From an uncultured Leptospira sp. (GTDB lineage: Bacteria > Spirochaetota > UBA4802 > UB4802): 64,000 nt of DNA. The number at the start of each line of letters is the position of its first letter. The first letter of the stretch is position 1. Location: contig CAZDWJ010000008.1 of assembly GCA_964509195.1 (NCBI GenBank), positions 61,190 to 125,189 on the forward strand, read 5' to 3'. The position numbers and the translations under genes are program-made. Under the pieces are notes generated by a model that was not told the origin of the DNA, did no database searches, and worked only from the letters and a program-made list of their open reading frames with translations. Below are positions 20,289 to 29,616 of this stretch, in pieces.

Positions 20289-21503
20289 TTAAAACGCCAC
20301 AGCTGTTTTAATGGCTTTATGTAATCCTTTGTTGCTATTTACCTCAATCATTTCTCTGTACAGTTCAATACTGAATGTATGGGTTACCATAGATTCAATA
20401 TCAGGCATTTTTTTCATAAGCTCAATGGCTTTTTCAAAGATATGTTTTTGTTTTCCTGCTTCCTTTACGTAGCCATATCCATATACGCCTTTGACAGTAA
20501 TAAGTTTTAACCACAGCGGTGTTGGATCAAAAGAAAGCTTGGCAGTGATACCAACAAGGCTTACTGTACCCCCGGCACGTGTAATATTTATGGCTTTAGC
20601 AAAAGTTTTTGTTGAGCCAACCGTGTCAAATACTTTATCAAAACCACCTTGCATGATATGTGGACCCATCATGGGTTTATATATTTTTCCTTTTGTAAGT
20701 TCAACTATCTGCGTTTCATTATCTATCACTGTATTTGCCCCGTATTCTAATGCCTTTTCTCTGTGGAATAAAGAAGGCTCCATAATCGCTATGGTAGATC
20801 TAATATTTAATGCTCTCAGTGCTCGAATGAGCATAAGTCCAATAACACCGCAGCCAATGATACATATGCGGTCAGAATTTTGTGGTTTATTATCATAGAT
20901 TGCCTGCAGAGCCACACTTAATGGCTCAGTAAGCACTGCTGCTTTATCGCTGATTGTAGCAGAAACTACAAAAAGCTGTGCGCGGTGTGCAGGCAGATAC
21001 TGCGCAAAGCCGCCGTTGACTTCTTTACAAATTCCAGTAAACATCCCTGGGGCAATACTGCCTTTAGCAAAGTTTTCGCAGTTTGCAGGCCTGCCATTTT
21101 TACACGCCTGGCATAGCGGTTGCTGTCGCACAACACAGGAAAGCATGGGATTTACTACCACACGCTGCCCTTTTTTTAAACCGGTGCCTCCTGGCTCTTC
21201 AATAGTACCACACACCTCATGACCAATCACGCATGGAAATGATGTAAATGGTGAGGCCATGGGCGAGTCATGAAGCTGTATCAGGTTATAATCACTTCCA
21301 CAAAAGCCACAATAGGTGACTTTAACAATGGCCCAGTTTGTATCAAGAGGCTTTGGTGCAGGAATATCTACAAGTTTGAGTGTGCCAAGTTGGCTTTTAT
21401 AGAACACAGATTTTGAAAATGCACCAAGTGTTTTGAGCGCTATCCATTGTGGGACAGTTACATTGAATTGCAGTGCTTTCATATTTTCACATTCATCAAT
21501 CAA
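20289..21503 (-). CDS. Zinc-dependent alcohol dehydrogenase (MDR family)
   Basis: GHEVCGTIEE zinc-binding signature and GCGVIG Rossmann motif. The TTG start overlaps the upstream TPP-enzyme stop (TTGATTGA). An alternative ATG at 21482 is possible. Confidence 0.8.
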   Translation of the reverse strand: MIDECENMKALQFNVTVPQWIALKTLGAFSKSVFYKSQLGTLKLVDIPAPKPLDTNWAIVKVTYCGFCGSDYNLIQLHDSPMASPFTSFPCVIGHEVCGTIEEPGGTGLKKGQRVVVNPMLSCVVRQQPLCQACKNGRPANCENFAKGSIAPGMFTGICKEVNGGFAQYLPAHRAQLFVVSATISDKAAVLTEPLSVALQAIYDNKPQNSDRICIIGCGVIGLMLIRALRALNIRSTIAIMEPSLFHREKALEYGANTVIDNETQIVELTKGKIYKPMMGPHIMQGGFDKVFDTVGSTKTFAKAINITRAGGTVSLVGITAKLSFDPTPLWLKLITVKGVYGYGYVKEAGKQKHIFEKAIELMKKMPDIESMVTHTFSIELYREMIEVNSNKGLHKAIKTAVAF

Positions 21504-23151
21504 ATTTCAGCGACTGATAAAAAAGTGGCGTTGCCGGGCTTGTCACTGTCGGATCTGTTAAGACATTTACACATGCTGGTTTGCCGCTTTCCTTTGCACG
21601 GATGAGCGCTGGTGCTATCGCCTCATCCTTATCAACAAATTCGCCATAACAACCCATTCCTTCTACAACCTTTTCGTAGCGGCGAATGCCAAGCTCAGCA
21701 CAGGTCACGCGCTCTTTGCCAATTGAAAGCTCCTGGCTGTGTTTGATCATGCCCCACGCACAGTCATTGTTCACAATGCAGGTAAATGGGATATTATGGC
21801 GCACCGCTGTGTCAAATTCAAATCCGTTAAATCCAAATGAGCCATCGCCTGATAGTACCACCACCTGCTTATTCGGATGAATTAGCTTTGCAGCAATGCC
21901 AAAGGGCACCCCCGCACCAAGGCATCCAAGAAGTCCTGCCGATTGTGATATAACACCTGCTTTGTGTTTAGATTGAAATCCTACCAGGCCAAAGTATGTG
22001 GTATCACCACCATCTACCACATACAGAGCGTCGGTGCCAAACACTTCCTGAATCTTTGCAACCAGCCTGATTGGATGAATTGGATCAGAGGAATTCTGTC
22101 TAAGTTTTATTTCACTGTCAATAAATGCGTATCCTGCCTGAGTCAGCATATCAAGCCACTGTGTATGATCTTTTTGTTCAACAAGTGGCAGTAATGCTTT
22201 GAGTGCTGCGCCTGCATCGCCGTAAAGTCCCACATCAGCTTTTCGGTTGCGGTTGATCTCAGTTGGTTCAATGTCAATGCGTATAACTTTTGTGGTTGGC
22301 GGAATTATTGCCCCCGACTGAAAGAGCCAGTTGAAGCGGATACCGGTCGCAACAATGACATCAGCCTGTGATAGTGTCATCATGAGTCCTACGTTGCCAA
22401 TATTCCATATTGATTGGGGATGATTATCAGGAAGCACTCCGCGTCCACCATTGAGCAAAATAAACGGTATGCCGGTTTTTTCTACAAAAGCCTGTAGTTC
22501 CAGCGCACAGTTGCTATATCCTATACCTGAGCCACCAATAAAAAGTGGCTTTTTAGCAGTGTTGATAATATCAGCAGCTGTGTAAAGGCCTGCCATATCT
22601 GGCACAGGCTTGCAATTATCATAACTTATCTCAAATTCAAAATCATCAACCGACCTGCCCAACACATCTGGCGGCAGTTCTAAAAATACTGGACCTGGCC
22701 TGCCACATGTTGCGTGTCTAAATGCTAAGTCTAAATATTCTGGAATGCGCTTTGTATCATAACAGGTAGCGCACCATTTCACAATGGGCTTTACCACATC
22801 AACCTGATTCATCTCCTGCAGTGCGCCTTTGTGGTCATCACGCAGTGGATGACGTCCGCACAGCACCACAACTGGTGCATTATCTAAATACGCATTTGCA
22901 ATGCCGGTAATGCCGTTGGTAAAACCTGGACCTGCGGTTAGAAAACATACTCCGGGATTTCCGGTATACACTGCCACAGCATGCGCCATCATCACTGCAG
23001 CTTGTTCATGGCGTACATCAATCGACCTTATACCATACTGCTGCAACCCGTCTAACAGCGCTTCAATATGCCCACCTGATATGCCAAATGCAAATTGCAC
23101 ATCACGCTTTGACAAATACTTCCCTATCAAATGGCCACCATTTATAGCCAT
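21496..23151 (-). CDS. Thiamine-pyrophosphate-dependent enzyme (acetolactate synthase-like)
   Basis: 551 aa. N-terminal TPP-Pyr domain (GISGGHIEALLDGL), central domain, and a C-terminal TPP-binding region (GDGSFGFNG...N). The exact substrate is unassignable. Confidence 0.8.
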   Translation of the reverse strand: MAINGGHLIGKYLSKRDVQFAFGISGGHIEALLDGLQQYGIRSIDVRHEQAAVMMAHAVAVYTGNPGVCFLTAGPGFTNGITGIANAYLDNAPVVVLCGRHPLRDDHKGALQEMNQVDVVKPIVKWCATCYDTKRIPEYLDLAFRHATCGRPGPVFLELPPDVLGRSVDDFEFEISYDNCKPVPDMAGLYTAADIINTAKKPLFIGGSGIGYSNCALELQAFVEKTGIPFILLNGGRGVLPDNHPQSIWNIGNVGLMMTLSQADVIVATGIRFNWLFQSGAIIPPTTKVIRIDIEPTEINRNRKADVGLYGDAGAALKALLPLVEQKDHTQWLDMLTQAGYAFIDSEIKLRQNSSDPIHPIRLVAKIQEVFGTDALYVVDGGDTTYFGLVGFQSKHKAGVISQSAGLLGCLGAGVPFGIAAKLIHPNKQVVVLSGDGSFGFNGFEFDTAVRHNIPFTCIVNNDCAWGMIKHSQELSIGKERVTCAELGIRRYEKVVEGMGCYGEFVDKDEAIAPALIRAKESGKPACVNVLTDPTVTSPATPLFYQSLKFD

Positions 23152-23163
23152 AATTCCTCCTGT

Positions 23164-23529
23164 TTATTTTTTGTTTTTATTAAGGGCGATAGTTACTGCA
23201 TCATTAAACCACTGTATAAAAAAAGCCATTCCCTCAACATGAAGGTTGCCTGCTGCTGCCGCATAAAACGATGCTTCTTGAGTTCCATCTTTCAACACAT
23301 TGAATGCGGTTTTTGCATCTGAAAACACCAGCGCAGCATCATAGTGTGCAAGACGCCGCGTTGAAGAGACCACCCCTTTGTTGAAAATGAATGTGCGGCC
23401 TTTGTTGTTTTTTGTTTTTATTGCAATTTTAACATTTACTGTTCCAATGTAGCGCTTAAATGCATTATTGTATTTTGATGCAAATTTTAAGGCCAGTCCC
23501 AGTATGCGAAGTAAGAGAGCGAACCTCAT
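23164..23529 (-). CDS. SCP2 sterol-binding-domain protein
   Basis: 121 aa. SCP2-like pattern DAALVFSDAKTAFNVLKDGTQEASFYAAAAGNLHVEGM. The C-terminus overlaps a copy of the GGCGATAGTTACTG repeat. Confidence 0.45.
   Translation of the reverse strand: MRFALLLRILGLALKFASKYNNAFKRYIGTVNVKIAIKTKNNKGRTFIFNKGVVSSTRRLAHYDAALVFSDAKTAFNVLKDGTQEASFYAAAAGNLHVEGMAFFIQWFNDAVTIALNKNKK
23184..23201 (+). repeat. Copy of the dispersed motif GGGCGATAGTTACTGCAT (core GGCGATAGTT)
   Basis: An 18-mer identical to 57656-57673. It overlaps the last codons (AVTIAL) of the SCP2 gene and lies about 25 nt upstream of the TPP-enzyme start. Confidence 0.7.
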
Positions 23530-23711
23530 TGTACTATCCTTTTATATTTTAAAAATGACAAATACACCTGCAAATGTATAATGAGTTTTGCTATTTTGTA
23601 AATTATTTTTTTTACATATGCTGAAAAAATATGCTTGCGATAAATGCATTTATAGTGTATTATATGTAGAATCTGGAAAAAGCATATAACGCACATAAGA
23701 GGTGATTGACC

Positions 23712-24059
23712 ATGCTTACTGTTTCGGTTAACCAGCTAGGAGATGTTGTAGTAATTGATATAGCAGGTGAGTTTGATATTGATGTAATACGGGATGTAGA
23801 GCAAGCATGGAGCCAGGCATTGAGCAAAAATCCAAAAGTAATAGGATTCAATTGCCTGGAATTAAAATTTATTGATTCATCAGCATTAGGCACTCTGGTT
23901 AAATTTATGAATAGTGCAACAAATAGAAAAATAACATTTACTCTTTTTAATATTTCACCACCAATTGCAACAATTTTTAAAACATCAAAACTGGATAAAT
24001 TTTTCTCAATTAATTCAAAAGAGGATTTTGAGAATAAATATCTTTCTATAAGCAAATAA
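23712..24059 (+). CDS. STAS-domain anti-sigma-factor antagonist (SpoIIAA-like)
   Basis: STAS fold pattern (VVIDIAGEFDIDV...FIDSSALGTLVKF). ATG at 23712 has an AGAGGTGA RBS. No partner anti-sigma kinase is nearby. Confidence 0.7.
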   Translation: MLTVSVNQLGDVVVIDIAGEFDIDVIRDVEQAWSQALSKNPKVIGFNCLELKFIDSSALGTLVKFMNSATNRKITFTLFNISPPIATIFKTSKLDKFFSINSKEDFENKYLSISK

Positions 24060-24313
24060 CGGGAATGCAAATTAAGTAAAAAACTTGCAAAATAAACCTA
24101 CCATTTTAGAAATATCTTTGTATGACACAATTTTCATTTAGCGCTATTACTCCCGCTAAAGAGTCAGTCATTTTATGGATACATCAAAAACTGCTTTCAT
24201 TCTGACTTTTAAAATTAAAGAAAGCAATTTTTGCATTTATATGTGTCCATACGGGAACATTCTTAAAATTATTTTTTAGAAGTTCCATTATAATATAAAA
24301 TGGAGGATAGATA

Positions 24314-25510
24314 ATGGCAGACAATGATGTTGTAGTTGTATCGGCATGCAGAACACCAATTGGGAGTTTTGGACAATCGCTTAAGGATGTAAAAGCGTAT
24401 GAGCTTGCTGCACTGGTAATGAAAGAAGCATTACAGCGTGCAGGTATTGAAGGTAGTGCGCTGTCAGATGTTATCTTTGGTAATTGCTTAATGGGATCTG
24501 ATGAGGCTAATGTGGCACGCACTGCTGCATTAAAAGCTGGTATACCTGTAGAGGTGCCTGCAACATCGGTGCAGCGACAGTGTGCTTCAGGTATGACTGC
24601 AGTGGTATTTGGCTCTCAGCAGCTTATTGCAGGGGATTCTGATATTGTACTGGTTGGAGGCGTTGAGTCAATGTCAAATGCTCCCTATGTGTTATGGAAA
24701 GCACGATGGGGACTTCGGCTTACACATTCTGAACTTACCGATGCTATGTGGGAATTGCTCCATTCCGGAAGCGGGCTTTTAGGTGAGCCCTATATTATGG
24801 GACAGACTGCTGAAAATCTGGCGGAAAAATATACTATATCACGTGAAGAACAGGATCAGGTAGCGTATGAAAGCCATAAAAAGGCAGCTGCAGCTATTGA
24901 TTCAGGAAGATTTAAGGATGAGATAGTTCCTGTCCCCATACCGCAGAAAAAAGGGGAACCTAAACTATTTGAAAACGATGAACATGTACGCCGTGATGTA
25001 ACACTGGAGAGCCTGGCAGCATTAAAACCCGCCTTTAAAAAGAATGGCACGGTGACAGCAGGCAATGCATCAGGAATTAATGATGGCGCTGCTGCACTGG
25101 TACTTACCACAGCCAAACGCGCACAGGAGTTGGGAGTAAAACCGTTAGCGCGTATTGCTGCAAATGCTTTTGCAGGTGTAGAGCCACATCTTATGGGATA
25201 TGGCCCTGTACCGGCAGTGACAAAGCTTCTTAAAAAAACCGGAAAAAAATTAGATGACATAAACCTGATTGAACTCAATGAAGCATTTGCTGCGCAGTAT
25301 CTTGCCTGTGAGAAGGGATTAGGGCTTGACCGCAGCAAAGTGAATGTGAACGGTTCGGGCATTGCGCTGGGGCATCCTGTTGGATGTACCGGTGCACGAA
25401 TAATTGTTTCGCTCATATATGAACTAAAGAAGCGCAATGCTCAATGGGGGATTGCAACTTTGTGTGTTGGCGGAGGAATGGGCGGTGCAGTACTTGTAGA
25501 GAATATATAG
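24314..25510 (+). CDS. Acetyl-CoA C-acetyltransferase (thiolase)
   Basis: VVVSACRTPIG N-terminus, the NASGINDGAAALVL, GHPVGCTGARI and CVGGGMG thiolase signatures, and a GGAGG RBS. Confidence 0.9.
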   Translation: MADNDVVVVSACRTPIGSFGQSLKDVKAYELAALVMKEALQRAGIEGSALSDVIFGNCLMGSDEANVARTAALKAGIPVEVPATSVQRQCASGMTAVVFGSQQLIAGDSDIVLVGGVESMSNAPYVLWKARWGLRLTHSELTDAMWELLHSGSGLLGEPYIMGQTAENLAEKYTISREEQDQVAYESHKKAAAAIDSGRFKDEIVPVPIPQKKGEPKLFENDEHVRRDVTLESLAALKPAFKKNGTVTAGNASGINDGAAALVLTTAKRAQELGVKPLARIAANAFAGVEPHLMGYGPVPAVTKLLKKTGKKLDDINLIELNEAFAAQYLACEKGLGLDRSKVNVNGSGIALGHPVGCTGARIIVSLIYELKKRNAQWGIATLCVGGGMGGAVLVENI

Positions 25511-25570
25511 TTTGCTCCTTATGCTAGATTTGCTAATAGTACCAAACTCTATTTAGCAAAGAGCAAAACA

Positions 25571-25608
25571 TTCACAGGGTGGTTATACACCCTGTGAATG
25601 GTATTTTT
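25571..25608 (+). terminator. Rho-independent terminator after the thiolase gene
   Basis: TTCACAGGGTG-N8-CACCCTGTGAA then TGGTATTTTT. Confidence 0.65.
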
Positions 25609-25624
25609 CCGGCAATGATTGAGG

Positions 25625-25636
25625 GTAACTATCGCC
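25625..25636 (-). repeat. Inverted 12-mer copy (GTAACTATCGCC) upstream of leuC
   Basis: Exact reverse complement of GGCGATAGTTAC, just after the thiolase terminator. Confidence 0.6.
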
Positions 25637-25735
25637 AAAACTGCCATAAAAAACTGAAAATATATAAAAGAATGATACATTTTTTACTATCATAATCCCG
25701 TATAATCAAAACCATTTATGTAAAAGGATACTGTT

Positions 25736-26995
25736 ATGGGCATGACAATTACTGAAAAAATATTAGCTGCACATGCCGGGAAGGAATATGTTGAGCCAGG
25801 CGAACTGATTGAAGCTAAAGTTGATCTTGTATTGGGAAATGATATTACTGCTCCTATAGCAATAAAAGAATTTGAAGAGTTAGGAATTGATAAAGTTTTT
25901 GATAATGAAAAAATAGCACTCATCCCTGACCACTTTACTCCCAATAAAGATATTAAATCTGCTGAGCAGGTTAAAATATTACGGGAATTTGCAAGAAAAT
26001 ACAGTATCATCCATTTTTATGATGTAGGAAGAGTGGGCGTTGAGCATGCACTGCTGCCTGAACTTGGCCTGGTACGGCCAGGTATGTGTATTATTGGTGC
26101 TGATTCGCATACGTGTACCTATGGCGCATTTGGTGCGTTTTCAACCGGTGTTGGCTCAACCGATATGGCTGCTGCAATGGCAACCGGCAAAACCTGGTTT
26201 AAGGTGCCTGAGTCAATCAAATTTGTTGTGTATGGAAAACTGCAACCGTATGTTTCGGCAAAGGATATCATTTTGCATATTATTGGCAGCATTGGCGTTG
26301 ATGGTGCTTTATATAAATCTATGGAATTTACCGGTGAGACAATCCATGAGCTATCAATGGAAGGCAGGATGACCATTGCCAATATGGCGATAGAAGCTGG
26401 TGCTAAAAATGGTATTTTTGCGCCTGATGGTAAGACTATTGAGTATATAAAAAGTCGTACAGGACTGCCGTATACGCTATATTACAGTGATGAAAATGCA
26501 CGATACAGCGATGTAAAAGAATACGATGCATCCACAATAGAACCAACAGTATCATTCCCCCATCTGCCAGAAAATACAAAACCTGCGCGCGAGTCAGGAG
26601 TACCAATTGACCAGGTGGTTATTGGCTCATGTACCAATGGACGTATAGAGGATTTACGGGTGGCAGCTAAGATTCTGAAAGGGCGAAAAGTCCATAAAGA
26701 TGTGCGTTTGCTCATCATCCCTGCTACTCAGGAAGTGTATCGCAAAGCGTTAGAAGAAGGATTGATTGATATCTTTATTGAAGCCGAAGCCGCTGTGTCA
26801 GCTCCTACCTGCGGTCCCTGTCTGGGTGGTCATATGGGAATTTTAGCTGAAGGTGAACGGTGTGTAGCTACAACCAACAGAAACTTTGTTGGCAGAATGG
26901 GTCATCCAAAAAGCGAAGTGTATCTGGCAAGCCCTGCGGTGGCGGCAGCATCTGCGATTTTAGGAAGGATTGCTCATCCAGATGAAGTGAAGTAA
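25736..26995 (+). CDS. leuC: 3-isopropylmalate/homoaconitate-type dehydratase large subunit (archaeal-type LeuC)
   Basis: 419 aa aconitase-family large subunit ([10 protein letters not shown]..., [16 protein letters not shown] Fe-S ligand motifs). Confidence 0.8.
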   Translation: MGMTITEKILAAHAGKEYVEPGELIEAKVDLVLGNDITAPIAIKEFEELGIDKVFDNEKIALIPDHFTPNKDIKSAEQVKILREFARKYSIIHFYDVGRVGVEHALLPELGLVRPGMCIIGADSHTCTYGAFGAFSTGVGSTDMAAAMATGKTWFKVPESIKFVVYGKLQPYVSAKDIILHIIGSIGVDGALYKSMEFTGETIHELSMEGRMTIANMAIEAGAKNGIFAPDGKTIEYIKSRTGLPYTLYYSDENARYSDVKEYDASTIEPTVSFPHLPENTKPARESGVPIDQVVIGSCTNGRIEDLRVAAKILKGRKVHKDVRLLIIPATQEVYRKALEEGLIDIFIEAEAAVSAPTCGPCLGGHMGILAEGERCVATTNRNFVGRMGHPKSEVYLASPAVAAASAILGRIAHPDEVK

Positions 26996-27032
26996 AAAGA
27001 GCTATCGCCAAAAAATAACGATGAGGTATAGT

Positions 27033-27527
27033 ATGAAGGCATACGGAAAAGTATGGAAATTTGGCAACGATGTAAATACCGATGAGATAATACCTGCACG
27101 ATATCTTAACACATCAGATCCTGATGAGCTTGCACAGCACTGCATGGAAGATGCTGATCCTGAATTTATGAAAAAGGCTAAGGCTGGTGATATTATCGTT
27201 GCTGGGAAAAATTTTGGGTGTGGCTCTTCACGTGAGCATGCTCCCATTGCTATAAAAGCTGCAAAGATATCATGCGTTATTGCCGAGTCGTTTGCGCGCA
27301 TATTTTACCGAAACAGCATCAACATTGGGCTTCCCATCATTGAGTCAGAAGAAGCGGCACGTGACATAGCTGAAGGCGATGAGATTGAAATTGATTTTGA
27401 CTCAGGGGTTATTAAAAATATTACAAAGAACAAAGAATATAAAGCTAAACCATTTCCACCATTTATGCAGGATATTATTGCAAAAGGTGGGCTTATGGCC
27501 AAGGTTAAAGCTGAACTAAAAAAATAG
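27033..27527 (+). CDS. leuD: Dehydratase small subunit (archaeal-type LeuD)
   Basis: [25 protein letters not shown] is the typical LeuD N-terminus. GAGGT RBS. The ORF track's 27021 start adds 4 aa without an RBS. Confidence 0.8.
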   Translation: MKAYGKVWKFGNDVNTDEIIPARYLNTSDPDELAQHCMEDADPEFMKKAKAGDIIVAGKNFGCGSSREHAPIAIKAAKISCVIAESFARIFYRNSINIGLPIIESEEAARDIAEGDEIEIDFDSGVIKNITKNKEYKAKPFPPFMQDIIAKGGLMAKVKAELKK

Positions 27528-27528
27528 A

Positions 27529-29616
27529 TTACCGAACCTGCTTTATATTTTTGCCATCAAAGATATCTTTCCCTTGTGCTCTAAACGGGATTATATACCA
27601 TCTGCCTTTTTTATATTTTGCCAATTGAAGCAAAGCAGGGTTTGGTAAATCCTGTATAAAATTAGAACTGAATTCCAGTGATATGGCTACATCACTTTCA
27701 TCATGACGGTTGTACTGGCCATTCAATTTAAGTCGTATCTCAGGTGCATTAAATATAAATGAATTGATGGTGATGGCAGGACCGTTAAGATTAAAATTAC
27801 CATATATTTTTTGAAACTCTAAATTAGCTAGTTTATATTTTAAATCCTGAAGCCATACGCTAAGACCATTCTGTAAGCCAGTGTTAGCTAGTTTACCGTT
27901 TTCTACTGAAACCTCAATCTTTCCGTTTATTCTATCAATAATAGGATCTTTTGGTTCGATAGTTACCTGTAATTGGCCTGATACATTACCAAAAAGGCGA
28001 TTTTCATACTCTTTAAGATACGCACTGATATTCTGCAATCGTAAGTTATTATATTTAGCAACAAGTGTTATTTGCGGATTATCTTGTGAGAGTGTGATAA
28101 CACTTCTACCGGTGACATCTCCTCCAAAAACTCTGGCCGTAAATGATGGTAGCGCAATAATATTTTTTGACATTGTGTAATTGCAGTTAACTTTTTCTAT
28201 CACAAGCTGATCTTTATACAATTTTTGCAAAACCAGTTTGCCCGATAGTTCATAAGGGATGTTTATTTCTTTTTTTGATTTTGCAGGTTGTTCAGGTTTT
28301 TTGGTAAGTATTTTATCCAGGTCAACTTCATCTGCTTCAATGTTTATGGTAAACTTTTTTAGCGAAGAATCTACTGTTGATACTGATATGACACAGGGCA
28401 CAGAATATACTGTTACCTGTATGCCATCTTTCTGGAACTGGTTGTTTTTGACAATAAGGCTTGTTTCCTTTAAAGCTATAATAGCATCTTTTTGGCCTAT
28501 AGAAATATTTGATAGCGTTACATCGGCATCAATTACGTTATTTTTATATTCAAAATTTCCATTTATTTCGCCTGAAATATCGCTTACATCAATATTGCCA
28601 AGTAGTGGAGCTATCTCTCTGATTCTAATTGATGCGTCATTGACTTTGATATTTTTAATATCACCATCAAAGTTAAATAATAACTGGTTTACAACAAAGG
28701 TTGAATTTTCTATTTTTCCTTTTGCGTTGGCGATTGTTACTGTTTCTTTGTTGATATTCACGGTACAGAATAGATTGCTTACAAAAAGCATAGAATTGTT
28801 GCTAAGCTTGCAGCTCCCTGTTACAGTTCCCTGAACACTGTTTTTTGTTATCACCAGATTATGTATTGTTCCTGTGAATATGCGGTAGGGCAGTATGCTT
28901 TCAAGATTATTGCCCCAGCGATATACCCATATAAGGTCACAGTTGTGTAACGATACATTGCCATGAATGCTATAGTCTTTTGAAGTTTTAATTAAGCAAT
29001 CACCAGAGATTTTTCCTCTGTTTTGTGGAAGTATGATCGACAGGTTTTTCAATTCTATATCGTCATCATTCAGCTCTACATTGGTATCTATACTGTATGT
29101 GCCTTCCAGTGGCTCGAGTTCTTTTGGTGGGTTTTGCAGGATGACTGTTGTATTATTAAATAATAGTGATTTGATCTCAGTGGTTATAGTAGATTTTTCA
29201 GCTGATAATAGTTCTTTGATAAGCTTTTCAAGGTTAGATGTTGTAAGTTTGTTTTCAGTATAATAAAGTATATTGATAACAGCATCATTGAGTGAGATAT
29301 AATTGATAATAAATTGTTTTTGCAATAAAGGTGCAAGCTGAAACCTGATTGCGGCATCTTTTGAATGTGCAATAAATGGCTTATTTTCGTCTGTGTCAAA
29401 AATATATAATTCAGTTAATTGGACACCTTTAATACTGTAATCTATTGCTCCTATTTTTACAGGCCTATGTAAAGCATCCTGCAAGGTTTGCACAATTATA
29501 GATTTCAATGTTTCTTTTGGGAAGAAATAGGTAAACGCTGCTGCAAAGGCAACAATCAGTAAGATAACAATAGAAAGAACTATCGCACTGTATTTAACTA
29601 CTCTTGCTGGCTTCAC
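27529..29616 (-). CDS. AsmA-family outer-membrane biogenesis protein
   Basis: N-terminal TM anchor then a long beta-rich periplasmic domain, matching the AsmA/DUF748 architecture. 695 aa. Confidence 0.55.
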   Translation of the reverse strand: MKPARVVKYSAIVLSIVILLIVAFAAAFTYFFPKETLKSIIVQTLQDALHRPVKIGAIDYSIKGVQLTELYIFDTDENKPFIAHSKDAAIRFQLAPLLQKQFIINYISLNDAVINILYYTENKLTTSNLEKLIKELLSAEKSTITTEIKSLLFNNTTVILQNPPKELEPLEGTYSIDTNVELNDDDIELKNLSIILPQNRGKISGDCLIKTSKDYSIHGNVSLHNCDLIWVYRWGNNLESILPYRIFTGTIHNLVITKNSVQGTVTGSCKLSNNSMLFVSNLFCTVNINKETVTIANAKGKIENSTFVVNQLLFNFDGDIKNIKVNDASIRIREIAPLLGNIDVSDISGEINGNFEYKNNVIDADVTLSNISIGQKDAIIALKETSLIVKNNQFQKDGIQVTVYSVPCVISVSTVDSSLKKFTINIEADEVDLDKILTKKPEQPAKSKKEINIPYELSGKLVLQKLYKDQLVIEKVNCNYTMSKNIIALPSFTARVFGGDVTGRSVITLSQDNPQITLVAKYNNLRLQNISAYLKEYENRLFGNVSGQLQVTIEPKDPIIDRINGKIEVSVENGKLANTGLQNGLSVWLQDLKYKLANLEFQKIYGNFNLNGPAITINSFIFNAPEIRLKLNGQYNRHDESDVAISLEFSSNFIQDLPNPALLQLAKYKKGRWYIIPFRAQGKDIFDGKNIKQVR

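Noticed and set aside
23167-23201. Idea that the GGCGATAGTTAC repeat is a protein-coding (V-T-I-A) artefact
   Set aside because: Copies in proS, MCP, phoR and phoB are in other frames and orientations, and several copies are intergenic. The signal is therefore at the DNA level.
24856-25437. 193-aa minus-strand ORF inside the thiolase gene, and similar long antisense ORFs (for example 16043-16273, 5111-5503, 41020-41403, 58571-59098, 63454-63960)
   Set aside because: They lie entirely antisense to well-supported genes and have no RBS. They are compositional shadow ORFs.
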